Positions 35,440 through 49,500 are shown, numbered from the stretch's first letter. The stretch is DNA of 64,000 bases from Leucoraja ocellata (GCA_036785375.1 JAWMAR010000070.1:7192001-7256000); one strand, 5' to 3'. Notes: a model not told the origin generated them from the sequence alone. A program made the numbers and translations.

Positions 35440-35948
35440 GGCTTTGGAGACGGTGCAGAAACGGTTCCCCAGAATGATGTCGGGATCGGAGGTTGTTAGT
35501 TATATGGACAGGTTGGATAATCTTGGATTGGTTTCTCTAGAACTTCAGATGTTGAGCGGAGACCTGACAGAAGGTAATAAAATTCTTAAGGGGTTGGACA
35601 GGCTAGATGCAGGAACGTTGTTTCCGATGTTGGGGAAGTCCAGAACAAGGGGTCACAGTTTAAGGATAAGGGGGAAATCTTTTAGGACCGAGATGAGAAA
35701 AACATTTTTCACACAGAGAGTGGTAATCTGTGGAATTCTCTGCCGCAGAAGGTAGTTGAGGCCACAGTTCATTGGCTTTTTTTAGGAGGGAGATAGATGT
35801 GGCCCTTGTGGCTAAAGGGATCAGGGGGTATGGAGCGAAGGCAGATACAGGATACTGAGTTGGATGATCAGCCATGATCATATTGAATGGCGGTGCAGGC
35901 TCGAAGGGCCGAATGGTCAACTCCTGCACCTATTGTCTATTGTCTATT
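35440..35948 (+). mobile_element. CR1 3' fragment (paralogs about 40075-40590, 53560-54015, and 58095-58332 plus 63142-63360)
   Basis: KILKGLDRLDAG...RTRGHSLRIRGKSF and CR1 tail. Confidence 0.8.
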
Positions 35949-37925
35949 GAGATAGGAAACATTTAAAGATGTGCGAAGCACAGAGGGTGGTGGGTGCCTG
36001 GAACACGATGCTGTGGGTGGTGGAGGCAGATACAATAGTTCAGAGTCTTTATCTAAAAAATCTCATGGATATGCAGGGAATTGAGATTATGGATCAGGTG
36101 CAGGCAGAGGAGATTAGCTGAACTTGGCAGCATGTTCAGCACGGACCTTGTGGGCCGAAGGGCCTGTTCCTGTGCTGTTCCATGTTCTATGTTACATCAT
36201 CTTCTCAATCACATCTTGAGAAGAACATTTTCCAGAGGTGCCCTGGTACCACCAGTGTGACATTCATTGTATCTGCTGCAGTCAACGAGTGTGTTGTGTA
36301 GACAGCCAGAGGAGAAGATGGGATTTATGTGCAGTTTCATTTTGTAATCATTATTTATTTAATGTCATAGTGTAATAGAGTCATAGAGTGATACAGCGTG
36401 GAAACAGGCCCTTCGGCCCAACTTGCCCACACTGGCCAACATGTCCCAGCTACACTAGTCTCACCTGCCTGTGTTTGGTCCATATCCCTCCAAACCTGTC
36501 CTCCCCATGTACATGACTCACTGTTTCTTAAACATTGGGATCTAAATGTTGCCTCACCAACGCAAGATGACCTCCCAACCTCTATACTCCATACTGTGAC
36601 TGATGAAGGCCAAAGTACCAAAAGCCTTTTTGACCACCGTATCTATCAACTGCATCTTCAAGGAACCATGTACCTTCACTCATAGATCCCTCTGCTATAC
36701 AACATTCCCCAGAGCTGGACTATTCACTGTGTAGGTCCTGCACATGTTAGAAACATAGAAACATAGAAACTAGGTGCAGGAGTAGGCCATTCAGCCCTTC
36801 GAGCCTGCACCGCCATTCAATATGATCATGGCTGATCATCCAACACAGTTTCCAGTACCTGCCTTCTCTCCATACCCTCTGATCCCCTTAGCCACAAGGG
36901 CCACATCTAACTCCCTCTTCAATATAGCCATTGAATTGGCCTCGACTACCCTCTGGTTACCCTCTCCCCAAGACTCCCCAAAACACAACATCTCACATTA
37001 CTCTGTATTAAATTCCATCAACCGTTCCTCAGCCCAACTGGCCAATATTTCAGGATCCTGCTGCAATTTTTCACAACCATCTCCACTATCTGCAAAACCG
37101 CCTACTTTAGTGTCATAGAAACATAGAAAATAGGTGCAGGAGTAGAGGCCATTCGGCCCTTCGAGCCTGCACCGCTATTCAATATGATCATGGCTGATCA
37201 TCCAACTCAGTATCCTGTACCAGCCTTCTCTCCATACCCCCTGATCCCTTTAGCCACAAGGGCCACATCTAACTCCCTCTTAAATATAGTCATCTGCCTT
37301 TACTTCTGTTCCTGTTCTCAACATTTTCCACATGTTGTTCCGTCCCCGTGTGGTCATGGACAATGTTGGACACAGCTCATAGAAGCCGGCGATGTTGCCC
37401 GTAGTGAGCAAGAGTTGCACAAAGTTCACACCCAACTCAATGCTGGCGTACAAAGAATCACTCACACCGGCTGTCTTCAAGAGAGTTTATTTCCATTAAT
37501 GATACATTTACCAATGCAAGCACGATCTGTCCCATTGCACTACATTTGCCCCATATCCCCCTAAACCTTTCCCTGTCCCAAGTGTGTATTAAATATTCTT
37601 ACAATTCCCACCCCACCAGACAGTTCTATAAACCCACCGCCCCCTGAGTGAAAATGTTGCCCCTCAGGTTCCTATTAAATCTTGCCCCTCTAACCTTAAA
37701 CTTATGTCCCCCTGGTTCTTGATTCCCGTACCCCAGGTAAAAGATGTTTTGTGTTCACCCCTCTATTCCCCTCATGATGAATTAAGTGACTACAATATAG
37801 AATGCTGTTGTTGGCCTAAGTATGTGAAGTTTATAATGATGGATGTTACTGTGTGTTTGTGCTGTCCTGCCACTGCCTGTTGCTTCTGTGACATGGGGGG
37901 GCCTGTGCTGGGTCAGTGTGAGGTT

Positions 37926-38438
37926 TCACATCACTGTCAGCTTGGTATTTAGTCTACATTCCTCTTTGCCAGTGAACCAAGCGCAGGAATACATCCCAAC
38001 ATCACTCTTCTGTAAACCCGTGATGACCAACGAGGCATCCCGTGTCCCATCCACGTTTGTTTCCTTGAACGACCAGCGGCCGGCCCCCCCTGGATAGGTC
38101 GCACCTTTCCCTTTAGTAAACACGGCCAATGTCCCCTTCCCTTTACTCCAGGTGACAGCAAAGTTGCTGGGTCCATCCTTCCCTGTGGGTACTATACAGG
38201 GTAGCGTAGCAGAACCACCCTTTGCCGTCACATCCGTGAATTTCATCTTGTTCGCAGCTGGCCTAGCACCGCATTCTGGAGTATCTTGTTTGTTGACTTG
38301 TCGAGGCTCCCGTGCGTTCCACCCGGGCAAGTTTGCTTCCTCTCCCCATTCTCTGGAGATCGGATCTGTTCCAGTTGCGGAGACTTGCCACACCATCTCC
38401 ACAAGGACCATGAATCCTATCCATCTCTGCAGTCCCAT
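37926..38438 (-). CDS. Secreted single V-set Ig-domain protein B2, 170 aa
   Basis: Intact paralog of B1 (GGSATLPC...VTW...DASLVI...DVGMYSC...KLTVM). Confidence 0.88.
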   Translation of the reverse strand: MGLQRWIGFMVLVEMVWQVSATGTDPISREWGEEANLPGWNAREPRQVNKQDTPECGARPAANKMKFTDVTAKGGSATLPCIVPTGKDGPSNFAVTWSKGKGTLAVFTKGKGATYPGGAGRWSFKETNVDGTRDASLVITGLQKSDVGMYSCAWFTGKEECRLNTKLTVM

Positions 38439-38988
38439 GTTCCTGTGGGTGAAACAATGGGTCACCTTATTGCAACTCAGTAGGATTCATGATGACATTC
38501 CCTGAACCCGCCCAGAGTTGGGGAATCGAGAACCAGAGGACATCGGTTTAAGGCGAGGGGGGGGGGGAAAGATTTAATGGGAAACTGAGGGGTGACTTTT
38601 TTACACAAAGGGTGGAGGGTGTTTGGAACGAGCTGCCGGAAGAGGTAGTTGGGGCAGGTACTATCACAATGATTAAGAAACAGTTAGACAGGTACATTGA
38701 TAGGACAGGATTAGAGGGGTAAGGGCCAAACGCAGGCAGGTGGGTCTAGTATTGATGGGACACGTTGGTGGGCGTGGGCAAGTTGGGCCGAAGGTCTCGC
38801 TGTGACTCTATGACTCCATCACTTGTCCCACCCCGGTCATTCCTCCTTCTCCCTGGTCCTGTCTAGCAGAAGGTACAGAAGCTTGAAAGCGCGCACCACC
38901 AGACTCAGGAACAGCTTCTTCCCCTCTGCTATCAGGCTTCTGAACTGGGGGAACAGTGAACAGAGACAATCCCACCCCCATCACTCAC

Positions 38989-39365
38989 AGACACTTGAAG
39001 GATCCACAGGGTTGGTTACCAGCTCCGGAGTCTCCACACAGGGTGACGGGGTCGGTCTTGTTCTCATCTCCTGCCATCGCTCGCTCCTTTTATACCGACT
39101 CCCGGCTTCTCCTGCCCCTCATTGTCTGCCCTCATGTACATTCAACCAATCACTGCCTCCCACGGAGCATTGGCCGGAGTCAGCCGCGACCTCTCCACCC
39201 ACTGCCAAACGTGTCGTTGCATCAGCCGTTAACGTTTAACAAGAACAACGTCATCCCAGCTGCCAGCGGCCAACCAGGCGCCCCACACATCCTGCTTGTG
39301 TCTCCACCACGTCTCGCTTTGGCCACCCATCGGACCAGATGTCCCAGCCACGCCACGTCACCACC
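38989..39365 (-). promoter_or_regulatory. B2 promoter and non-coding exon 1
   Basis: TATA 39087-39094, ERSE 39146-39164, TGACGTGG 39353-39360. Confidence 0.75.
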
Positions 39366-41170
39366 ACAGCCCTTGGCACCTGCGCTGGTTCCACAGTTTA
39401 TACTCAATCTGAGCCGGCAGCTGGGATGGCGTTGGATCAATTCTTCCTTCCCAACAACCATCAGGCTGTTGAACACGACACGACACTGAGGTCAACGATG
39501 AACGTCTATGGAATGTCCAAGGTTGCACTAATGCCCCTGTCCCACTTAGGAAACCTGAACGGAAACCTCTGGAGACTTAGCGCCCCACCCAAGGTTTCCG
39601 TGCGGTTCACGGAGGTTTTTGTCTGTCTCCCTACCTGCTTCCACTACCTGCAACCTCCGGCAACCACCTGCAACCTCCGGCAACCACCTGCAACCTCCGG
39701 GAACCTTCGGGACGAAACGTTGCCTATTTCCTTCACTCCATAGATGCTGCTGCACCCGCTGAGTTTCTCCAGCATTTTTGTGTACCTTCGATTTTCCAGT
39801 ATCTGCAGTTTCTTCTTCAACATCAAATAGAACAAGTTGTCCTACAACTTTAGGCTGTGCACGCCACACGAAAGAAGAAGTTGACATGTCTGTCCCGCCA
39901 TCCCGGGTATTAACCTGGTGAACCTACGTTGCACTCCCTCAATAGCAAGAATGCCCTTCCTCAAAATGACAGTGAAGTGCTGCCTCTACAGAGACACCCA
40001 ATAGACCTGATAGAATGGTATAAAATGATGAGAGGCGTAGATAGCTGAGATAACCTGAAGCAATTTCCCGAAGGCTTTGGAGACGGTGCAGAAGCAGTTC
40101 CCCAGAATGATGTCGGGATCGGAGGTTGTTAGTTATATGGACAGGTTGGATAATCTTGGATTAGTTTCTCTAGAACTTCAGATGTTGAGCGGAGACCTGA
40201 CAGAAGGTAATAAAATTCTTAAGGGGTTGGACAGGCTAGATGCAGGAACGTTGTTCCCGATGTTGGGGAAGTCCAGAACTAGGGGTCACAGTTTAAGGAT
40301 AAGGGGGAAATCTTTTAGGACCGAGATGAGAAAAACATTTTTCACACAGAGAGTGGTGAATGTGGAATTCTCTGCCACAGAAGGTATTTGAGGCCAGTTC
40401 ATTGGCTATATTTAAGAGGGAGTTAGATGTGGCCCTTGTGGCTAAAGGGATCAGGGGGTATGGAGAGAAGGCAGGTACTGGATACTGAGTTTGATGATCA
40501 GCCATGATCATATTGAATGGCGGTGCAGGCTCGAAGGGCCGAATGGCCTACTCCTGCACCTATTGTCTATTGTCTACTGTCTATTGTCTATTGAGATAGG
40601 AAACATTTAAAGATACAAGTGGAGGTAGTTACAATAGTTCAGAGACTTTATCTAAAAAATCTCATGGACATGCAGGGAATTGAGATTATGGATCAGGTGC
40701 AGGCAGAGGAGATTAGCTGAACTTGGCATCATGTTCAGCACGGACCTTGTGGGCCGAAGGGCCTGTTCCTGTGCTGTTCCATGTTCTATGTTACATCATC
40801 TTCTCAATCACATCTTGAGAAGAACATTTTCCAGAGGTGCCCAGGTACCACCAGTGTGACATTCATTGTATCTGCTGCAGTCAATGAGTGTGTTGTGTAG
40901 ACAGCCAGAGGAGAAGATGGGATTTATGTGGAGTTTCATTTTGTAATCATTATTTATTTAATATCATAGTGTAATAGAGTCATAGAGTGATACAGCGTGG
41001 AAACAGGCCCTTCGGCCCAACTTGCCCACACTGGCCAACATGTCCCAGCTACACTAGTCCCACCTATCCACGTTTGGTCCATATCCTTCTAAATCTGACC
41101 TATACCTGTTCCTGTTTAACTGTTTCTTAAACGTCGGGATAGTTTCTGCCTCAACTGCGATGAGTTGACC

Positions 41171-41502
41171 AGAACGAGACGTGGTGGAGACACAAGCAGG
41201 ATGTGTGGGGCGCCTGGTTGGCCGCTGGCAGCTGGGATGACGTTGTTCTTGTTAAACGTTAACGGCTGATGCAACGACACGTTTGGCAGAGGGTGGAGAG
41301 GTCGCGGCTGACTCCGGCCAATGCTCCGTGGGAGGCAGTGATTGGTTGAATGTACGTGAGGGCAGACAATGAGGGGCAGGAGAAGCCGGGAGTCGGTATA
41401 AAAGGAGCGAGCGATGGCAGGAGATGAGAACAAGACCGACCCCGTCACCCTGTGTGGAGACTCCGGAGCTGGTAACCAACCCTGTGGATCCTTCAAGTGT
41501 CT
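41171..41502 (+). promoter_or_regulatory. A4 promoter and non-coding exon 1
   Basis: TATA 41397-41404, ERSE 41327-41345, donor at 41503; divergent from the B2 promoter. Confidence 0.75.
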
Positions 41503-42051
41503 GTGAGTGATGGGGGTGGGATTGTCTCTGTTCACTGTTCCCCCAGTTCAGAAGCCTGATAGCAGAGGGGAAGAAGCTGTTCCTGAGTCTGGTGGTGCGC
41601 GCTTTCAAGCTTCTGTACCTTCTGCTAGACAGGACCAGGGAGAAGGAGGAATGACCGGGGTGGGACAAGTGATGGAGTCATAGAGTCACAGCGAGACCTT
41701 CGGCCCAACTTGCCCGCGCCCACCAATGTGTCCCCATCAATACTAGACCCACCTGCCTGCGTTTGGCCCTTACCCCTCTAATCCTGTCCTATCAATGTAC
41801 CTGTCTAACTGTTTCTTAATCATTGTGATAGTACCTGCCCCAACTACCTCTTCCGGCAGCTCGTTCCAAACACCCTCCACCCTTTGTGTAAAAAAGTCAC
41901 CCCTCAGTTTCCCATGAAATCTTTCCCCCCCCCTCGCCTTAAACCGATGTCCTCTGGTTCTCGATTCCCCAACTCTGGGCGGGTTCAGGGAATGTCATCA
42001 TGAATCCTACTGAGTTGCAATAAGGTGACCCATTGTTTCACCCACAGGAAC

Positions 42052-42591
42052 ATGGGACTGCAGAGATGGATAGGATTCATGGTCCTTGTGGAGATGGTGT
42101 GGCAAGTCTCCGCAACTGGAACAGGTCCGATCTCCAGAGAATGGGGAGAGGAAGCAAACTTGGCCGGGCGGAACACACGGGCGTATTTCAAAGTCACCAA
42201 TGAACCGCTTCCAAGATGCACGAACGAGTCAGATTCTGATGCCATCAGTCATCACCCATCACCGATTAACAAGAAGGTGCTCGTTGCATCTCTGGGTGGT
42301 TCTGTTACGTTGCCATGTAATATATCCATCCTTAAAAATCATTACAGGGTTGTTCAATGGAAAAAAGATGGTGTTCAAATTGCCAGTTTCCATGAGAGAG
42401 CGTATGCGCGTTATACGGGGTCTGATGTTCACTGGAAGTTCGTTGATCACGACGTCTATATGGCTCAGGACGCCACGTTGCTCCTGACAGGTGTAAAAGA
42501 GGAAGATACAGGGACGTATTCCTGTGTTTGGTCCGTGTATAGAGATAGACCGTTTTGTGAATTATTGATGCAGCTGGTGATCTCTCACTGA
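42052..42591 (+). CDS. Secreted single V-set Ig-domain protein A4, 179 aa
   Basis: Near-identical to A1; differs at FH>SV in the FG region and M>V near the C-terminus. Confidence 0.88.
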   Translation: MGLQRWIGFMVLVEMVWQVSATGTGPISREWGEEANLAGRNTRAYFKVTNEPLPRCTNESDSDAISHHPSPINKKVLVASLGGSVTLPCNISILKNHYRVVQWKKDGVQIASFHERAYARYTGSDVHWKFVDHDVYMAQDATLLLTGVKEEDTGTYSCVWSVYRDRPFCELLMQLVISH

Positions 42592-44689
42592 TTCAGCAGG
42601 GCCAGTCCCAGGGTCAGTAGCAAAGTCTAGTTTAGTTTAGTTCCGTTCAGAGGTACAACAGGGAAACAAGCCCTTCGGCCCACAGAGTCAATGGGGACCA
42701 GTGATCACCCCATATACTAGTTCTATCCCACACACTAGATACAATTTACACTGACCAATTAACCTACAAACCTGCACGTCTCTGGGGTGTGGGACGAAAC
42801 CGGAGCACCCGGATTCCAAAGAGGAAGGAAGATTCCAAGGGGAGTTAGGGGCGACCGTGGCTGACAAGGGAAGTCAGGGACACTATCACAATAAAAGAGA
42901 ACAAGTATAACGTTGCAAAGATGAGCGGAAAGCCAGGGGATTGGGTAACTCTTTTAAAGAGCAACAGAAGATAACCAAAAAAGCAATACGGGGAGAAAAG
43001 ATGAGGTATGAAGGTAAGATAGCCAAGAATAGAAAGGAGGATCGTAAAAGCTTCTTTAGATATGTGAAAAAAATTAGTTCAGACTAAAATTGGTCCTTTA
43101 TAGTCTAAAAATTTTGGATCCGTCTTCACTAAGGAGAACACAAACAATCTCCCTGATGTATTAGTGGTCAGAGGATCTGGGGACAATGGAGAGCCAGTGG
43201 ATGTAGTGTACCTGGACTTGCAGGAAGTATTTGATAAGGTCCCACATAGGAGATTAGTGGGCAAAATTAGAGCACATGGTATTGGGGGAAGGGCCTGTTT
43301 CCATATTGTTTGACTCTGACACTAAGTAGGGAATAGTAAAGGTATAAAGATGAGCAGCGTGGAAGGTGTGAGCGTGGATCGCATGCAGTGAGGAGAACTG
43401 ACCTTGCTTGCACCGGTAAATGTACGTTTAATTTAAATAAACTCTCTTCTGCCTGCCCTGAAGACAGCCGGTGTGAGTGATTCTTTGTACGCCAGCATTG
43501 AGTTGGGTGTGAACTTTGTGCAACTTTTGCTCACTACGGGCAACATCGCCGGATTAAAGGGCCTGTCCCACGAGCATGCGACTCCATGCGGCAAGCGCGA
43601 CCTAACGTGGTCACTTGAGCCGTACGGCCTCGCGGGGCCGGTCCCACTTTGATCGCCGGAGCCGTATGGAGTTGTGTGGAGCTGGTCCCGACATCGCGCG
43701 GGGCTCTGAAAAACTGAACATGTTAGGATATGGAAACAGGTTCTTCGGCCCACCGAGTCTAACCCAACCAGTGATCACCCCTACACTAGTTCTAACCTAC
43801 ACACTAGGGACAATTTACTGAAGCCAATTAACCTACAAATCTACACGTCTTTGCAATCTGAAAGGAAACCAGAGCACCCGGAGGAAACCCACATGGTCAC
43901 AGGGACAATGTACATACACTGTACAGACAGTGCCCGTAGTTACCATCGAAGGCGGGTCTCTAGCGCTGTAAGGCAGCAACTCTACCGCTGCGCCACTGTA
44001 CCGCCCCTGCATTGCCCTCGTGCATTGTAGGGCTGCTGATTAGAGTCCAGTTTTGACCCTCGTTGGGTGTCAATTGTGGTTGTCAAGGAGCTTTCTTACC
44101 TCCGTATGGAGCCTGGTCTTCCAGTTATAGACCCACACCACCCTGGCCACAAACAGTAGGATAACTGCCTGGCACATTATATACAATATTTACAATGCTG
44201 TTGCAGTAATCTAATCAGCCATGCATTTACACTTCATTGGAGGTCATCTCCTTGCACGGAAATCGGCATCAAAACATGGGGGGGCACAATTCCATGGCGG
44301 CACACATGCACACGCGAGGATTCGGCCGTGGGCACTGTGGACGGTAACATCGGGAGCTGACTTGGTTGGTGACCGACTCCGAACTCCAGCAACAGCAGCT
44401 TCGTCCGCCCCGAACCGTGGGGCTTGAATCGGCCCGTTCGCGGGGCCTTTCATCGCCCGGCAGGGGTTTCAACATTGGTATTGATGTGGATAGAGAACTG
44501 GCTGGCAGACAGAAAGCAAAGAGTAGGAGTAAACGGGTCCTTTTCAGAATGGCAGGCAGTGACTAGTGGGGTACTGCAAGACTCAGTGCTGGGACCCCAG
44601 CCATTTACAATATATATGTTTTGTTTAGTTCTGGGAAACAGGCCCTTCGGCCCACAGTCAACGGGGACCAGTGATCACCCAATATACAC

Positions 44690-45587
44690 GTGTGGGGCCG
44701 GTGGGGGCGCTGCACTGGCAGCAGCCCTGTCAGCAGCGTGTTAGTCTTTTCAACTTTTTTTATTTTTTTAGTATGTCTTAAAGTCTGTTTTTAGTGTTTC
44801 TTAGTGTGTTTTGTGTGGGGGGGTGAGGGGGAAACCGTTTTGGCCGCCTCCTCCATGGAGAGGCGACTTTTTCCAGGTCGCCTCCCCCGTGGCCTAACAG
44901 CGAGGATCGGCGCGGCCTTACCCGGAGACGCGCCCGGGGCTCGGGTCTCCGGCGGCGGGTGCAGCGTGGACTGGGGCTCGCTGGAGGGGAGCGCTCCGTT
45001 CCGTTGGCCCGCAGCAGACGGCAGCCTGAAGTCGCGGTCTGCACAGCTCCAGCTGGCGCGGCGTCTACAGCCCGGGATCCCTCGTGGGGGACCCGGGGGG
45101 AAGAAGAAGCTTCCACCGCCGGCCCGCGGCCAACTTCTACCGCGGGTCCGGTATGGACTTACATCACCCCTGGAGGGGAGCTTCGACCGCCGGCCCTGCA
45201 GACTGCGGTGCTTACGGCTGCGACATGGAGGGAACTTTAAATCTTCGGCCGCCGGCCTGCGGCCTACACCAACTAAAAGCCGCGGTCTCCGGTGGGGAGG
45301 AGCCGACTCTGGACTTACCTGGACTTGTACCTTGTCCTTTTACCATCTGGACGCCCGCAGCAACGGCTGCGGAGGGTTGAGGTCCCGACCACGGGGGGAA
45401 ATGGAGGAGGACTGGCCAAATTGTGTGCCTTCCACCACAGTGATGAATGCTGTGGTGGATGTTTATGTTAAAAATTTATTGTGTTTTTGTGTGTGCCCTT
45501 TATCATTGTATCGCTGCTGACATATCATTTCACTTGCACTTTTTGTGCAATGTGACAAATAAACCGTTGTATTGTATTGTATTGTAT
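44690..45587 (+). mobile_element. GC-rich non-autonomous retroelement inserted into a SINE
   Basis: Absent from the paralogous site near 15750 (CAATATACACTAGTTC); ends AATAAA...(TGTAT)n; CpG-rich body without a credible ORF. Confidence 0.55.
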
Positions 45588-46579
45588 ACTAGTTCTATCC
45601 CACACACTGGATACAATTTACACCGACCAATTAACCTTCAAACACGCACGTCTCTGGGATGTGGGAGGAAACCGGAGCGCCCGTCGGAAACTCACATGGT
45701 CACAGTGAGAACGTGCAAACTCCGTACAGACAACACCCGGGGAATAGAGAGGGTGAATGCACAGTCTTTTATCCAGAGTGCGGGAATCAAGAACCAGGGG
45801 ACACAGGTTTAACGTGAGAGGGGCGAATTTTGAAAGGAATCTGAGGGGCAACTTTTTCACTCAGGTGGGGGGGGGGGGGGGAGGTGTGTATGGAACGAGC
45901 TGCCAGAGTAGGTAGTTGAGGCAGGTACTACAACAACATTTAATGGGCACTTGGATAGGTCCATGGATAGGAATGGTTTTATGGGGATATGGGCCAAATG
46001 TAATGAAATAGGACTAGCTTAGTGGGTCTGCATGGGCGAGGTCAAATGGCTATTTCCTACTAGCCAATTATTGTGCTTGTTAGTAGTGACTAGATAGATA
46101 GATAGAATCTTTATTTGCCACACGACCAGGGTTGGTGGTATGTGGGTTCGGTACATGATGCTACACTGCTTTAGTCACATTAACACTAATAACAACACAG
46201 ATCACAGTAATAAAGTGCATCCATACCACATCACAAATCACAAATCTCACCAACAATACATAGTGCAAAAGAACAAACAAAGACCATAGACAAGACACTG
46301 TATACATCAAAAGTCTTAGTATTGTCTGATTATTGGAGGGAATTAAGTGTTCTTATTGCTGAGGGGAAGAAACTGTTTTTAAAGCAGGTGGATTTTGTAG
46401 CAAGTGACCTGAGGCGCCTCCCTGAATGGAGAGACTGAAAAAGGTGGTTTGCTGGAGGGGAGGGGTCCGAGATGATCTTTATTGCCCGTTTTGAGGTACG
46501 TTGGAGATAAATGGAATGGATTGAGGGCAGGGGGGAGTTGATGGTCCTGGAGGCCTTAGAGACAATGCACTGTAATCTG

Positions 46580-49500
46580 TGTAGTGAGTAGACTACACCT
46601 ATTATGCGCGTTATATTATCAAGAGCTTGCCTCCGCTAGTTTGTACTAGGAAATGTAATGTCCTGCAGATCTATGCTGTAAGTAGATTTAATAAACATGT
46701 GTTGTATCTTGATATGTGTCTGACTCAGCTCATTACATGATGTCCACCATGTCATGTTTTTTTAATTAGGTTATGTGTCTACTATATCCATCATGACACA
46801 TTTTTGTCGCCTTCCTAGTCCTGTGATCTTTGACTCTGACACTGCTGAACTCTGACGTCTTTTCGAGCATGACTACACTCATTATGCTGGCATTGTTCAT
46901 CTCAACGACCCCCCCCCCCAATGTGCGTGCTTTTGTGTTGCTCAACTTAGCGGGACCTGAAGCTATGAATCGCGCTGGCAATTTCACATTTGAGCCTGCT
47001 GTTCTGGATGCTAATGGTCAGGTCCTGGCGCCTGCTGAGACGAATGACGACCCTGCTGTCTTTCTTGCAAAGTTCAGATGGTTGTGTGACCTGCACTCAA
47101 ACTATATTATTGAACGGAGGTACACAAAAATGCTGGAGAAACTCAGCGGGTGCAGCAGCATCTATGGAGCGAAGGAAATAGAAACATAGAAACATAGAAA
47201 CATAGAAACATAGAAATTAGGTGCAGGAGTAGAGGCCATTCGGCCCTTCGAGCCTGCACCGCCATTCAATATGATCATGGCTGATCATCCAACTCAGTAT
47301 CCCATACCTGCCTTCTCTCCATACCCCCTGATCCCCTTAGCCACAAGGGCCACATCTAACTCCCTCTTAAATATAGCCAATGAACTGGCCTCAACTACCC
47401 TCTGTGGCAGAGAGTTCCAGAGATTCACCACTCTCTGCGTGAAAAAAGTTCTTCTCATCTCGGTTTTAAAGGATTTCCCCTTTATCCTTAAGCTGTGACC
47501 CCTTGTCCTGGACTTCCCTAACATCGGGAACAATCTTCCTGCATCTAGCCTGTCCAACCCCTTAAGAATTTTGTAAGTTTCTATAAGATCCCCTCTCAAT
47601 CTTCTAAATTCTAGAGAGTATAAACCAAGTCTATCCAGTCTTTCTTCATAAGACAGTCCTGACATCCCAGGAATCAGTCTGGTGAACCGTCTCTGCACTC
47701 CCTCTATGGCAATAATGTCCTTCCAGGCCAAAACCCTTCTTCAGACAGGTTTCGGCCAGAAACGTTGCCTATTTCTAGAAAGGTTTCGTTCCGAAACATT
47801 GCCTATTTCCTTCGCTACATAGATGCTGCTGCACCCGCTGAGTTTCTCCAGCATTTTTGTCTACCTTTGTTCCATTTGATCTTCCGTTTGTGCACGTCGA
47901 ATTGATTGCATTAGTCGAAACAGGGCGGACCTCGTGAAGGTTGCAATCTTCCACCCCTGACATATGACGAAGGAATGGATCGAATGTGCTTGTATTCACT
48001 GGAATTTAGGATGAGACTGGAACTTATAAAAACATATAAAATTCTTAAGGGATCGGACAGACTAGATAGATGCAGGAAAAATGTTCCCGATGTTGGGGGA
48101 GTCCAGAACCAGTGGTCACACAGTTTAAGAATAAGGTGTCGGCCATTTAGGACTGAGATGAAAAAAACCTTTTCACCCAGAGAGTTGTGAATCTGTGGAA
48201 TTCTCTGCCACAGAAGGCAGTGGAGGCCAATTCACTGGATGTTCTCAAGAGAGAGTTAGATTAAGCTCTTAGTGCTAACGGAATCAAGGGATATGGGGAG
48301 AAAGCAGGAACGGGGTAATGATTTAGGATGTTCAGCCATGATCATATTGAATGGCGGTGCTGGATCGAGGGGCCGAATGGCCTCCTCCTGCACCAATTTT
48401 CTATGTTTGTGCACAATCCCAACAAGGGTCAAAACTGGACTCTAATCAGCTGTTGCAACTGTGCAAGAGGCCAATGTAAGGGAGGCTCAGTGATACAGCA
48501 GTAGACTTGCTGCCGTACAGCGCTAGTGACCCGGGTTCAATGCTGACTGTAGGTACTGTCTGTACGGTGGTTGTACTTTTTCCCTATGACCGTGACGGTT
48601 TCGCCCAGGTGCTACAGTTTCCTCACAGATGTCAAAGACGTGCAGGTTTGTAGGTTAATTGGCTTCAGTAAATTGTCCCTTGTGTGTAGGTTAGAACTAG
48701 TGTACGGGCGATCACTCAAGTTCAAGATTCAAGAGAGTTTATTGGCATGTGTCCCTGATAGGACAATGAAATTCTTGCTTTGCTTCAGCACAACAGAATA
48801 TAGTAGGCATTTACTACAGAACAGATCAGAGTTTCTCCAGCATTTTTGTGTTCCTTTGATCTTCCAGCATCTGCAGTTCCTTCTTGAGCATATTATTGAA
48901 CGGACCAAGTTTTATGCTCGTATGCAACAGGTTGGTGAACCAAAGGTTTTATCAGTGACTTAAAACAAATGGCTGCACGCTGCTAATTTCGAGATCTGTG
49001 CGATGAACTCATCCATGACAAAGTTGTCGGAGGAATGCTTGATAGCAAGTTACGGGGTGAACTTCTTTGTAATACTGACCTAACCCTTAATCAAGCAGAG
49101 CATGCCTGTTGGATGCTGAGATAACATCTTCCCACACTGAGTCTGTGTCCTCTGGTCACTGTTCGCAGCATAGTGTTAATCTTGCAGACTACTCCTCTTG
49201 TAACACCCACACAAGGTCTGTTCGATGTCAAAATTGCAACTATTTTCTTGCTAGGTGTCAGCAGTTCTGCATTGCTTATGGTAAAGCCTGTAATTTCTGC
49301 AAGAAGTTAAACCACTTTTCTCGATGCTGCCGTTCCCGTGTGACTCAAGCAGCGTCAAGGATGAGCCTGCACCTGCTGCAACATGAGCTTGTTGATAATG
49401 ACTTCCAAGACCTTGATTTGCCATCCCCCGCTCCACTCTCAGAAAGTACAGATACCAGTTCTGCAATCCATTCTCCCCTCCCTTCGTCTAACAAGCAACT

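Noticed and set aside
47722-47765. Hammerhead-ribozyme-like core (CTGAAGA...GAAA) in the palindromic Penelope-like repeats
   Set aside because: CTGAAGAAGGG is seen only here (- strand), where a CR1 insertion cuts off the GAAAC; other copies have lost the CTGA. No complete core can be supported.
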